Positions 51,203 to 62,785 of a stretch of 64,000 nucleotides of DNA are shown piece by piece; position 1 is the stretch's first letter; every line of letters starts with the position of its first letter. A program made the translations under genes and the position numbers. The stretch lies in the NCBI GenBank assembly GCA_002633005.1, contig NMRA01000020.1, positions 1,273,650 to 1,337,649 on the forward strand, read 5' to 3'. A model generated the notes under the pieces. The model did not search any database. It saw only the letters and a program-made list of their open reading frames with translations, and was not told the origin of the DNA. The stretch is from Phoronis australis. Taxonomy: Eukaryota; Animalia; Phoronida.

Positions 51203-52156
51203 ATTCATCCAAAATTATACATCTTCATAAATTCATTGGGCCTTTGGTGAAGTTTGAACACTTTTTTACGATAATTATGTTACTAAAGAAAGTGGACACT
51301 GGAGAATAACAATGTTCATAACAAAGAGGCACTGGGACTTCCGGATGAAAAGCGGGACCTCTGGTTCTAAGCTAAAATGCAAGTTTGAAATGTTCGCCGC
51401 AACACACAAAAACGTCCCTACAGCGCCGCCAGAGTTTTTGTCGAACGGCAGACATAACACACAAAAGTGCCCGAATGCGAAATTACCACAAAACCATCGA
51501 ACTGGAAAATACGGCTATGTCGCGTGGGAAAATGCAATAGTAAGTATGATAATCGTCAAATTTGACGCATGTCAAAAAGCGCAATATTTTGATGGTGTGG
51601 CCTAGCGGAAAAATCAAAAAAGTGGTACAGTCCGCCAAGTAAACTGTACGCTGTCTGCAACGCGATGTACCGGACTGCATTCTTTTAGAAGATAAACATT
51701 TCATTATTTTCAAAATTTAATATCATGGTATAGGCAAATTCTACAGAAAACAATACTGCTCGGAATCGAATTGATAAAAACGCTATATGGGCTACTGGTA
51801 AACATTGCAGAGCAAACACTCAGAAACCAATTGTCATTTCTCTCCAAAAAAAAATACTGGAGCATGATTTTAACATACAAAATTTCTTGTGGAAAAACTC
51901 AGACGCCAGACTATTTCCGGCATTCAGTCAAGGACAGAGGTCGGTGCATTTGACCAGTGTAATTGTCGGGTTTGTTGATCAATTGTGCAGAGAAATCGCT
52001 GGTTGTCTGGAACCCTACCTGGTAATCAACACTGACAAAATGAAAAGGAAGTCATGAAATTCGGCTTGATTTGATAAATACTTCACGCGATGAAAAAATA
52101 ACTTGAGCAGACAGCCGGAAAGTCACCTTCAGTGCAAACTTTCGCAGCTAGTCTCG

Positions 52157-52307
52157 CTTCCCGTTCAGTAACGCTAGGACCTCGCCAAAAAGCAAGACTT
52201 CGAGATATTACGTGAGATATTGCCGTGCATTTTAAATGAGAACACGTGACTTTGACTAGGTTTTAGCTAGGTCCTAGCGTAGGTCCTAGTATCTACTGAA
52301 CGCACGG
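52157..52307. mobile_element. Harbinger-like MITE with 3-bp TSD (TCG)
   Basis: TCG|CTTCCCGTTCAGTA ... TACTGAACGCACGG|TCG. The empty paralogous site is at 50281-50283, and a partial second copy lies at about 53287-53357. Confidence 0.7.
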
Positions 52308-52378
52308 TCGGTGTCGCAGGCTCTAATAACAGAAATAGGTCACGTGTGGAGTTGGCATTCCAGGGCTAGAGTTCTACG

Positions 52379-52400
52379 CATAGACACTTAGATGTCTATG
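52379..52400. mobile_element. 22-bp CATAGAC hairpin micro-element with 8-bp TSD (1 mismatch)
   Basis: GTTCTACG|CATAGACACTTAGATGTCTATG|GTTCTATG. A single GTTCTATG occurs at the paralogous position 50788-50795. Confidence 0.8.
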
Positions 52401-52851
52401 GTTCTATGATTTGAGGCAGGCCGAGATAAATCATAAGGATACATTGGTAGCTCATTGAGGAAGACAGATCAGCTCGTCTGCATTGGCCCTAAGCCACCTA
52501 GTACATGCAACATGCACAGTTGATCAATGAAATGTAACTGGTACGCGACTTTGCAGCTGAGCTGGTGTAGGCCTAAAATTTTCTCGTGTCGTGAAATCCG
52601 CTTGCGTCTCTCATATGATACCAATACGCCAGTGTATATGACCCTGATAGGGTATTGAAATAATGCCTTTTGAAAATTTATGAGCATGCTACAGAGCATT
52701 TCCTCATAATTTGAAAATGTTTCCTCTTCAGTGTGGAAATTACGATTAAACAAGGTGAAAAAAATTCTGAGTCGTTTAACAGTATACCACTGATCTGCCT
52801 CCAAAGGCTGCTGACGATATCAGACAACTTTTAGTGTGTATAGATCACCAG

Positions 52852-53008
52852 CAGGGGCGTATCCAGGATTTTGAGTTAGGGGGGCCAGGGCAGAATATTA
52901 GCCAGGATTTTACCTGTCAGACATTCGCACCCCCGAACTGTCTAATACTGGAAGAATTTTAGGGGGGCATGATGGCCCCCTCGCCCCCCGCCTCTAAATT
53001 TGCCACTG
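52852..53008. mobile_element. CAGGGGCG...GCCACTG MITE
   Basis: CACCAG|CAGGGGCGTATCCAGG ... CTAAATTTGCCACTG|CACCAG (6-bp flanking duplication). Confidence 0.65.
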
Positions 53009-54289
53009 CACCAGTATATTAAAAATGTTTTGCGTGGGCCTATGCTGGCCATGCAATAATACATGTATAAATTAAATAATTTAATATTATGGAGTGTCGC
53101 TATGATAATATGCAAACACGTTATTCATATCTCTGTCAAGGAGAATCACCGATATTAACTGCTTGGACTAGCAACAACAATAAAGAGTCAAACACTGAGA
53201 AATGACCCACAAACTACATCTATATCGTGCAACATTTAGGCCCTACACCGTGACTTATTGATATTGAATGTAGCGTATTTAAAAAAGAACACGTGACATT
53301 GACTACATTTTAGCTATAGGTCCTAGCGTAGGTCATAACGTTGCTGAACGCACGCCCGACATTTTCTTGAGTAACAATAACAATTGGAGTTGGTTAAGTA
53401 AGTGTCCCTAATACTTACAACCACTATGTAAGCGATGCTTTCACAAGATGAAACCGCAAACGAAGAAGTTCGTTGGTCGCATCGTCTGTGTAGAACTCAA
53501 AGTTGTGTAGTTCCGTAGTGAGCTTCCTAATATATACTGATGACAAATACGGAGCTCGGAAATTCCCTCACTTTCACATCCAGGTCCAGGGGAGACCAGT
53601 ACATTCAGCAAAACAAATGTTTCACAGCAAGTTTAGCCAGTTTACTTACTTGGTTTTATCATCGCGTAATCTCGCCATGCACTGTATGTACGCAAACCAC
53701 TCGATCTCCGCCAACCGTTTACATGTGCCGGAAGTTACTCAAGTGCCCCAGTTTTTTACCCACTCGGAAAAAAAACCCCGGTTAATACAGTCATTACATG
53801 ATTCGCATGAATGGAGCAAACGCTAGCAGCCAGGAGTGTAGTAGTACTTCTACACTCCTTGCTAGCAGTTTCAACGGCTAAAACACTAGCAAAACGCTAT
53901 GCATTGAAACCGGAGAGGCGCCGAGCGAAAGGATGCGTTTTTCGCCTATTTCCTAACCACTCTAGTCGCTTTTTAGCGAAAATTGATGTCAATGCAATTC
54001 CTCAGTCATAATTTGATTGGTGTGACAGTAAAATAAGGGCTATTACCGCTGCGCGTGTGTTCTTTGTAGTAATTAGCAGTCCGGCTACAAAACTGGTAGC
54101 AAAAACGCCATGATTAGTTTTGGCAGGAAACTCTATGAACCTCCAGCAAAGCGCCAGCGAAGATGACTTCTGCGACTCGCTAGCGTTTTAGCCAACAAGT
54201 GAACCGAGTACAAGTCGCGGCGTACTCACTGAAGTCCCACGATAAGATTCGACACATAGCGAAGCCAACCTGGTCTTTTGTCTGTCTGT

Positions 54290-55200
54290 TAATGCTGATT
54301 GTGAAATTAATTATCTGTTTTTGCGGATGATCTCGTGTTGAGTGAGGACACTAGAATTGAGCTGCAATGAAAACTTAATGTGCTTGGAGAATTTTGTAAA
54401 AATTGGCATGTGAGTGAATCTAGAAAAACTAATGTCACTGCTTATAAACGTGGTTTGCGCGAGAAACGGTACTTTGGCGAAAAATTAATTAAAACCAAAC
54501 GTATTATATATAAACAAGGTGTTACATTCTCCGGTCGTCTCATTTGGAGTCGACCCTGCAAAGTTCTGATAGTACGTGCTCGCAAAGCATTAAATTTGTT
54601 AGTAAAGGCTTGTTTGCCTAAATTACATTGCTCTTCACCGCCAATCCTTTTTAAGCCGTTTGATAGTATGATTCTACCAAAGTTAAGCTATGGTGCAGAG
54701 ATTTGGGGTGTCTCAATTGTCTATAGAAAGTGCTCATATGATGACCTCTGCAAGATGACCTGGTGACTAAACAAAAAGTGATGAAGCCTCATACATACAT
54801 GTATTCCGATCCATTGTTACTATATGTTATAGTAACCACATATGGACGGCGGCAGGCACAACTGGGCCATATTCTATGACCCGGAACTGAAAATACTACT
54901 GTGCCCATACGGGTTCGGAGAGGTATGAATACACGTATCGGGTGACATTGATTTATTCGTTTCAAAATCTCGTTAGAGATTAATTGGACGTACAAAATTG
55001 ACACTCTGTAATTGATAATTCGACTAAATGTCAATTCTATTCCGGATATTGTACTATGAAAAAGAAACTAATGTGAAAAACACCCCGGCGTTTTAGGCCC
55101 CTACCTTATAGGAAAATACTTGTTTGCTTTAGGTGGTAAATGCACAAGCGTTACAATGAAACTGGGCGGCACGCAGGTCTAACGGAGGATCGGTATTATG
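54290..55200 (+). mobile_element. Decayed LINE reverse-transcriptase fragment (RTE-X-like)
   Basis: FADDLVL...ELQ*KLNVLGEFCKNW (RT motif 5 onward), then FDSMILPKLSYGAEIWG, and an ETGRH-like remnant near 55158. Contains stops, frameshifts and an unrelated insert. Confidence 0.75.
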
Positions 55201-55585
55201 AGGCCAGGACTTATACACAATAAACATTTCTGATTCCGATTCTTATTCTGATAGCCAGCATGAAGTCGCGGCGTAGTCTCTGAAGACCCACGATAAGATT
55301 AGATACACAGCGTAGCCAAACTGGATTTTCGTCTATTTTGCAGTTTCTTGATATATTGCGATAAACCAGGGTAGGGAAACTACCTGGAGTCGTACATGGC
55401 TGTTTCCGCCCAACGCAAGGCCAATCGCCCGCTGTGAGCCGAGAAAACTTCCTGGTTGATCTCAAGCTGTTACACAATTGAATTTGTAATCTCTTTAATT
55501 TTGACTTCCTCCTAGCATTTCACAACCAATACACGGAAAGCAGCGATGAGGAAATTGGCGGTGAAAATTGCGTTAGCTCCGATAA

Positions 55586-55910
55586 GGCCAAAATTGGTTC
55601 AGGTCTTTATCCCGACTTAATTATTTGAGACCTGCGCTCACCGCCAAGTAAAAAAGCGCCCGCCTTTATCAATTTCAGCCAAGGTCTCGTTTTCTTGAAA
55701 AACCGCACAAAGATACGTTTGCAAAAGTCAGCAAGGATTGAAACGCCAAGGTATGCCATGCGATGAGTTAAAAAAGAAAATAAAACAGATCCGGCATCAT
55801 CTTTGCTCGTCTCGGTTGGATTTTCTTTTTTGAAATGTAAGCAAGTGAAAATGCCGAAACATGGGTTTGTTTTTCAAAAAGTGCAGACCAAAGCAACTAT
55901 GTTTTTGGCC
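55586..55910. mobile_element. PIF/Harbinger-like MITE, GGCCAAAA TIR, TAA TSD
   Basis: TAA|GGCCAAAA ... TTTTGGCC|TAA. The internal ATCCGGCATCA..TTTGCTCGTC also occurs near 46096, a partial copy in an SLC46-B intron. Confidence 0.65.
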
Positions 55911-56935
55911 TAATATCATAGGCTCCCTGACAAAATGAAGTACTACATGACTGTTAATCAACAGGAGGATTAGATGACCGGATTAGATGACCGGGTGAGA
56001 TGACCGATTACGCAAAATTAAGCTGTTAGTGAATTGTATTTGTCCGTTCTACAACGAAGCCAGTAGCATCTGTCGAGGTATATAAATAAACATGAGTTTT
56101 GTGTCGGTGGCGTTACCAATTAAAATCGCTGTCAGTTATTTAGTGTGGTTTAGCCCTGCCAACAAAGAGAACAAGTAAAAAGGTTCAGTTCTGAGTCTAC
56201 CATCTAGCATATCCTCAAAATTGACGATTTATAGCAGCCTCGGTTACAAAGCAGCTCGGCTGAACACATTCATAAAGGAAAAATCCGCAATTCTCAAAAT
56301 TGACGTCATACCAGTGCGAATGTGGAACACCTGCATTAGCACAAGTACACGTGAACTAAGACTTCACTGTTAAAATATCAAATATCGTTCCACAGCGCCG
56401 TTTTAGAGTACATGATGGTAATCACTGACATTCGAATTCAAAACAAATCATTTTTGTCAAGTCATGTAGCAAGTGCTTGCAGTCTTTGGCCGCAACATCT
56501 TATTGTGGTTCGGTTCGCTCTAAACCTTACTTTCATAAGAGGCGCTTGCCGTTTAGTCAAGGCATCACTTCTCCACGTTTCGCAGCGCCATGTTAACCAT
56601 GGGGCACCTTGGGCATGGGCCGGGGCCCCGTGCCTTTAGGAGGGCCCCGTGCCTTTAGGGGCCCTGTTCCATAACGAAGAAAGTTAAACCCTGAAGAGTT
56701 CAAATTTAAAAAGCTAAAACCTCAGAGTTCATAATCAACTGTCTCACTACAAAAATTTATACAATTCAGCAGACGGTTTGTCGACGAGAAGCTACCCACA
56801 GAGTCCCACAAGGGACAAAAAATTTCTTGGTAGTATAAGTTTTTTCATGGTTTCATACTGATATGACGCTCTTGAAGCATTTTGACTGGGTTGTAATCTT
56901 GACAACCTTGAGCATTTTTTAAATATGCAACTTAA

Positions 56936-58248
56936 AGTCCTTCTCTCACGCGTTGTTAACCCTTATTACATGGTTAGAAGAAGTTATAAGGATCCAAGAA
57001 GTACCTACCCCATAACTAATACACGATCCGTACTCGAAAACAGTTTAAATGAACGCGCCACTCACGATTCGCACCCGAAGAAACACCGCCATTTTGAACT
57101 TGCCGCGAACCCGGAAGTACAATTCATTTAGGAACCCAGGCCGAGAAAACGCCGTCAGTGCGACTGGAGCAGTGCCTGTACTGTTACCAGCCAGCAAACG
57201 GGGATAAAAANNNNNNNNNNNNNNNNNNNNNNNNNNNNNNNNNNNNNNNNNNNNNNNNNNNNNNNNNNNNNNNNNNNNNNNNNNNNNNNNNNNNNNNNNN
57301 NNNNNNNNNNNNNNNNNNNNNNNNNNNNNNNNNNNNNNNNNNNNNNNNNNNNNNNNNNNNNNNNNNNNNNNNNNNNNNNNNNNNNNNNNNNNNNNNNNNN
57401 NNNNNNNNNNNNNNNNNNNNNNNNNNNNNNNNNNNNNNNNNNNNNNNNNNNNNNNNNNNNNNNNNNNNNNNNNNNNNNNNNNNNNNNNNNNNNNNNNNNN
57501 NNNNNNNNNNNNNNNNNNNNNNNNNNNNNNNNNNNNNNNNNNNNNNNNNNNNNNNNNNNNNNNNNNNNNNNNNNNNNNNNNNNNNNNNNNNNNNNNNNNN
57601 NNNNNNNNNNNNNNNNNNNNNNNNNNNNNNNNNNNNNNNNNNNNNNNNNNNNNNNNNNNNNNNNNNNNNNNNNNNNNNNNNNNNNNNNNNNNNNNNNNNN
57701 NNNNNNNNNNNNNNNNNNNNNNNNNNNNNNNNNNNNNNNNNNNNNNNNNNNNNNNNNNNNNNNNNNNNNNNNNNNNNNNNNNNNNNNNNNNNNNNNNNNN
57801 NNNNNNNNNNNNNNNNNNNNNNNNNNNNNNNNNNNNNNNNNNNNNNNNNNNNNNNNNNNNNNNNNNNNNNNNNNNNNNNNNNNNNNNNNNNNNNNNNACC
57901 ACTAACTACAAACTATAAATACACTACATATGCAAACGAATCACGATATATCACTAATAAAACAAAATAATGAAGACTTTTCGAGCAAGCCATAGCACAT
58001 TCAGTTACAAGGAAAAAATGGCGGCGTTCAGGACAAGTTCCTGAACTGATGAGCCGGAAATGTGGGTACGGAAATAACCGATGACAACCGGTAATCATAC
58101 GCTCAGAGAGAAGGGTCAAATACTGTTAAAAAAATCGCTTTTGGCAAGAAAGGCGAAAAGAATATAAAGAAAGGGTGTCGAAAATAAGAATTTATGCAGT
58201 AAGTATTTTCGGATACTGGAACCACATGGGCAGTTTGCAAGAAGGACT
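56936..58248. mobile_element. TTAA-flanked Kolobok-like element spanning the assembly gap
   Basis: TTAA|AGTCCTTCT ... AGAAGGACT|TTAA. The flanks rejoin to match the uninterrupted repeat at 36696-36760, which has a single TTAA at 36734-36737. Confidence 0.8.
57211..57897. other. Assembly gap (687 N)
   Basis: Run of N. ORFs 57045-57902 and 57158-57970 are artefacts of it. Confidence 0.99.
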
Positions 58249-59040
58249 TTAAGGCTGCCATTATGCAAAATTATGCTTGCGCTTATAAATTCCTTACAAA
58301 GTACCAGTAGCAGGTTCTAATGTTTTATCCTATATGTTTCCAAGGCCAGTGGGTTTTATGAAACAAGTTTGTAGGTGCAAAAATTCTGAGTTTGCAAGCT
58401 TAATGCAAGTGAAGGTCGCCATTCTTTAAAAATACCCTTGTGCTTATCAGCTGAGGTACCAAGTATCACAGGCAAATGACATTGATATTTGCACCAATGT
58501 TTCTCTGGTCAATTAATTTAATAAAATCAGTGTGTCGGTTGATGCATGAAAAAAATAGTGTAATTTATGCAAATAATGGCCGTGGATATTTAAAATATTC
58601 TGTTTTTGCTCGTACTCGCGGGACACTAACAGGTAGATTATATGTATGCACCCACGCTTTCGTGGTCAATGAACTTAATGAAATCAGTAAGCAGCTCATT
58701 ACATCATCAATTTGGATAACCAATGCACATAAGGGTTGACATTTTTGTTTCGAATGCTTCGTACAGTGCATGGTAGATACAATTAATTACAGAATATGCA
58801 CGTGATTCAAGCAATGCTAATTAATTACAATGTTTCCACGCATCATTTAATTCGTTCTAATTTTTCCACGAAGGATAATTTTAAGTTGATTACTTAATTA
58901 CATCCCGCCAAAGGGAGGAAATAATTCCATGATCGCACCTTATATTCCATCCTAATCTCCAGTCCCGCACCACAGACACAAAACCTGTCGTACAAATCCC
59001 CAGTTTTGCACCCCTAAACTCCACACGCCAACCGAAAATG
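58249..59040 (+). repeat. Dispersed repeat, interrupted copy (continues at 56891-56935)
   Basis: Colinear with 36734-37416. Confidence 0.75.
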
Positions 59041-60164
59041 GGCTTCTGTTTAATACTAGAATTTTCCGTGTGGTGTTAATTTTCTTGCGTTTTTGTTTTC
59101 TTTACTGTTCACATATCTATGTCGTAACAACATTACCTGTATTTTTAAAAAGATAATAAACGGTTATATCCTATGAGGTTTGAACGATTATATTGTGTAA
59201 AACATAATATGTTTTGCTGTATTTTAGTTCGTTCTTAAGGCCCATGATCTCAAAACGGTTATAAAAAACTTGAAGAATAGGGTGATGACATAGATATTCT
59301 TGATTCAATTTGAAAATGTGTCGTAGTAAAATGCGCAAGTCATGCTACTGTTTACATGATTCAAGCGGAATGTGAATTACTTAGACAAAAACTTATTTAA
59401 GAGACAGTTTTGAGGTTTCAAACTACAATCACCTAAGTGTGAAAATGCGCAGCTCATCTACTCTCACATTTTATTTTAAATTGCGTAATTTATGCTGTGG
59501 CAACGATTTTTATAAACATGCAAAAAATTAAAAATAGATCACTATAGACAGTCTTCTGTCATTGCTCAAATAAAACCAGACATTAACTACCGTGTGTTCT
59601 TGCACTGAGGAAACGAGCATGTTCACAGTATTAGGGAAAAGCAGGTCTAGACCTAATGAAACTTTCGTCAATGAAGAAAGTGTTCCCTTGTCCTCCAGTG
59701 ACAATGATGCACAGCCTTACAGACTTAATACGAGCAACAAACTTGATGCAACTTGAAAGATTTCCAAAGTTACGTGTCACTATTCCGAAGGTTCACGTCT
59801 CGGAAAGTCCCCTACTCAGAAGTTTCACTACTTTGATTGTCTGCTGATGAGTCGGAACTGACAGGAATGGAATATTGTTTTTGTATCCATTTAGTAACAA
59901 GGTATGCAAGAGTTGAATAGTTCTTAAAACATTGATTACATTATTTACAAATGAACTTCGTTCCAATCACTGCCAATCTAACTAACGACTCATTCCCAAG
60001 CAGTCGGGGCAACATCTGGGGCACGGGTCAGGGCTGCGGCGACCTGAAGACTGAATTGGACTCTCTGACTTTGTGAAGACTAGTAGGGTAGCCTTCTTAG
60101 TACATATAGTTTCGACCACTTCCGTAGGGTGAGGTAATTATTCATCAATATTCCTACTTCGTAT

Positions 60165-60766
60165 TCTTTAAAAAGATATAGTGAACCATGTGATGATTTC
60201 CACCAATCCTCGCTCTGTCACCTGCTAATGTATCACTTGCGTCAATCTTCCAAGTTAAAAGTATATCAAACCCGGTTTTATCCTATTAACAGATACTAAA
60301 AACGACTTTCCCATCCAATTCTCTGAAACGAAATAATGCTCGGCTCGACAACCCTCTAAAGTTCTGAAAACACCTCACAAATTCTGCTAAAGGGACAAGC
60401 GTGACCTACGCTTTTAGCGGCATCTGTGGGAAAAGACCACCACCAAGGACCAGAATGTCCAATTCGTGAGATAGTGAGTACGAATTCTTAGTTGATTCCT
60501 GCTTCATCTTTCAAGATTGACGTCAATGATGCAACAGCAAGTGAGAGAACGAGGATTGGTTGAAATCATAAAGATATGATTTAGAATCCTTTTTAAGGAA
60601 GGAATCACGTGAAAATTCATGCACTCCATGTCAAAGTTTGGACAATATGGTACTTGCTGGGTGGACCTTTCCCACAGTTGCAGTGTCATTCGCAAAACGC
60701 GTAGGTTACGCTAGCTCGTTTAGCAAACTTTGAAAGGAGTGTTCAGCAAACTTTTGAGGGTTGTCA
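60165..60766. repeat. Diverged inverted, permuted duplication
   Basis: Block A (about 60193-60250) is inverted at about 60512-60568. Block B (about 60347-60461) is inverted at about 60638-60766. Confidence 0.65.
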
Positions 60767-61125
60767 ATGATTACAGAGTATTATTTTGTTTCAGAGAACT
60801 GGGTGCAAGAACGTACTTAGTTTTCCGTATTCGTACGACATGCAGGCAATCAATAGTACGCGGACGTTGGTTTTCGGATACATGTAATACACCACTCAGC
60901 GCATCTAATAAGCGAAGTATCGTTTACTTTGCATGCAAAAGTATAAAAATTAAACCTGGGTTCAAAAATTTAGATATTTTCGGAGTAGTGAGACTTCGGA
61001 ATAGTGAACGTTCAGAAAAGTGGGTTGTGCCCATTTCCATCGGTGTAACACGCAAAAATACAACCAGATAAACATTTCGTCAAGTCATTCTCAGACTAAA
61101 GAATTCCGTCTGAGTATGTATTTAA

Positions 61126-62449
61126 AGGCGAAGGCAACCTTTTTCATGTTATTTTTAGCAAAAAATAAGGTTCGTTGATTATCCCAGACATATTTTTCAC
61201 TTATTTACTGCTTTTCGTAATTTAATTAATTATTCGTCGTCAACTCCTGGAGTGACGTTTTGGTAGGCAAGAATTTCGCGCCTATTTCTTTTCATATAGT
61301 CTGACTGTGAGAGCAGTTGAGTCAGTCATTGTTCTATCTCGGTTGTGATAAGTTCGGTCGTCGTTTGCTTTTGTTTACGAGTCAGTCAACATGCCACGCT
61401 GTTGCTGCGTACTGGGGTGTACTCATTATCGTCTCAAGTACAGAGGAAGAACTGTCCAACTTGCCCGAGTGTCCGCGACACGCTCCCACTGGAGGGTGAT
61501 CTGAGCACCCAAACTGCTTACATCCCGCCGTGTGACTCCCGTGCCACACACCTGGCACCTTCCAAATAGCTCCGATACAAGTCCACAATAAACTTATCAA
61601 ACTTATGCTCACCGATCTGTTCATTGGATGACGAACTGCCCTCTTCACTGGGTGTCGAACTGGGCCTGTATTCACTCCCACTACTCAACATCGCTGCAGG
61701 GCTACTTACAGGCTCTGGGCTAAAGACAACAGCACAGGGCGAATCACTGCTAGTTCTCGTAATTGCACGCAATGGGGTACGTTCGGATGCACGGGTAACA
61801 GTAGATGAAGTGCCTCCAGTCACTGTATATAGTGGCCACAGCTCGCGAGAATTCTCGCTTCAAAAACGCACTTCTCGGGGTTGGCGACGGGGCACTGCCG
61901 GGAATCAACAGCGACGGTATGGTACCCTTCTTGTTGCTTCGCAGGGACCTTCATCAATTTAGCGTACATATCTGTCATAATCTGACGGCAGAAAATGCTT
62001 GCCACACACTCGGTAACCCTCCATTGCTTTGTACGTTGCGTGGACAGGTAGCGCTGCGTTCTTCACATGAACGAGCTAGCCAAGTACGGCGAGGTGTGTC
62101 ATCCTTCGGAAAGCGACGCAAGATACCCAAAGCGCGTGTGAGACGATAATGAGTACATCCCGGCACGCAGCAACAGCGTGGCATGTTGACTGACTTGTAA
62201 ACAAAAGCAAACGACGACCGCACTTATCACAAACGAGGTAGAACAATGACTGACTTGACAGCTCTCACAGTCAGACTATAATGAAAAGAAATTGGCTCGA
62301 AACTCTTGCCTCCCAAAACGTCACTTCCGGAGTAGAGGACGAGAAATTAATCAAATTACAAAAAGCTGTAATCGAGTGAAAAATGTGTCTGGGATATTCA
62401 ACGAACTTTATTTTTTCTAAAAGTGACATGAAAAAGGTTGCCTTCGCCT
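61126..62449. mobile_element. Kolobok-like element with 311-bp TIRs and TTAA TSD
   Basis: TTAA|AGGCGAAGGCAACCTTTTTCATGT ... ACATGAAAAAGGTTGCCTTCGCCT|TTAA. Inverted homology runs 61126-61436 against 62139-62449. Confidence 0.92.
61960..62184 (-). pseudogene. Frameshifted THAP zinc-finger ORF inside the Kolobok-like element
   Basis: MPRCCCVPGC...RRFPKDDTPRRTWLA..., then YRVCGKHF in a shifted frame. Together these give the C2CH signature with the conserved P, W and F. Confidence 0.8.
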
Positions 62450-62609
62450 TTAAGCACGCCTGATTTGAAAGTTTGGCGGGTCGACCTTTGCAAAATATCA
62501 AAGGTTCACTGTTCCAGAAATTCGAACCACCGCCTGCGCAATGCTGGCTACGGGAATGAGTACCCAAACGAACAAAAAGTCAAAACCGTGTACGCGTGCT
62601 TTGATACGC

Positions 62610-62785
62610 CGTAAAATGTAACAATTTCGTGAAATGTAACAACTGCTACATTTTACGTTATTGTTATATTTTACTTCGCTAGGCCTCTCCTAAAATGTAA
62701 CAAGTTGTTACATTTTATGTAATTGTTACAATTTACGTCAAAAGCACATGTGAGAAATATACCATTGTTACATTTTACGAAACGG
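62610..62785. repeat. Cluster of AAATGTAACAA / TTGTTACATTT motifs in both orientations
   Basis: Several direct and inverted copies within about 175 bp. Probably the subterminal part of a foldback element. Confidence 0.55.

Larger units (their letters stand above)
51013..52408 (+). repeat. Diverged tandem segmental duplication, unit 2
   Basis: Same ordered blocks as 49037-50795, but with different insertions. Confidence 0.8.

Noticed and set aside
57045-57970. Long ORFs of 285 and 270 aa
   Set aside because: They are artefacts of the N gap.
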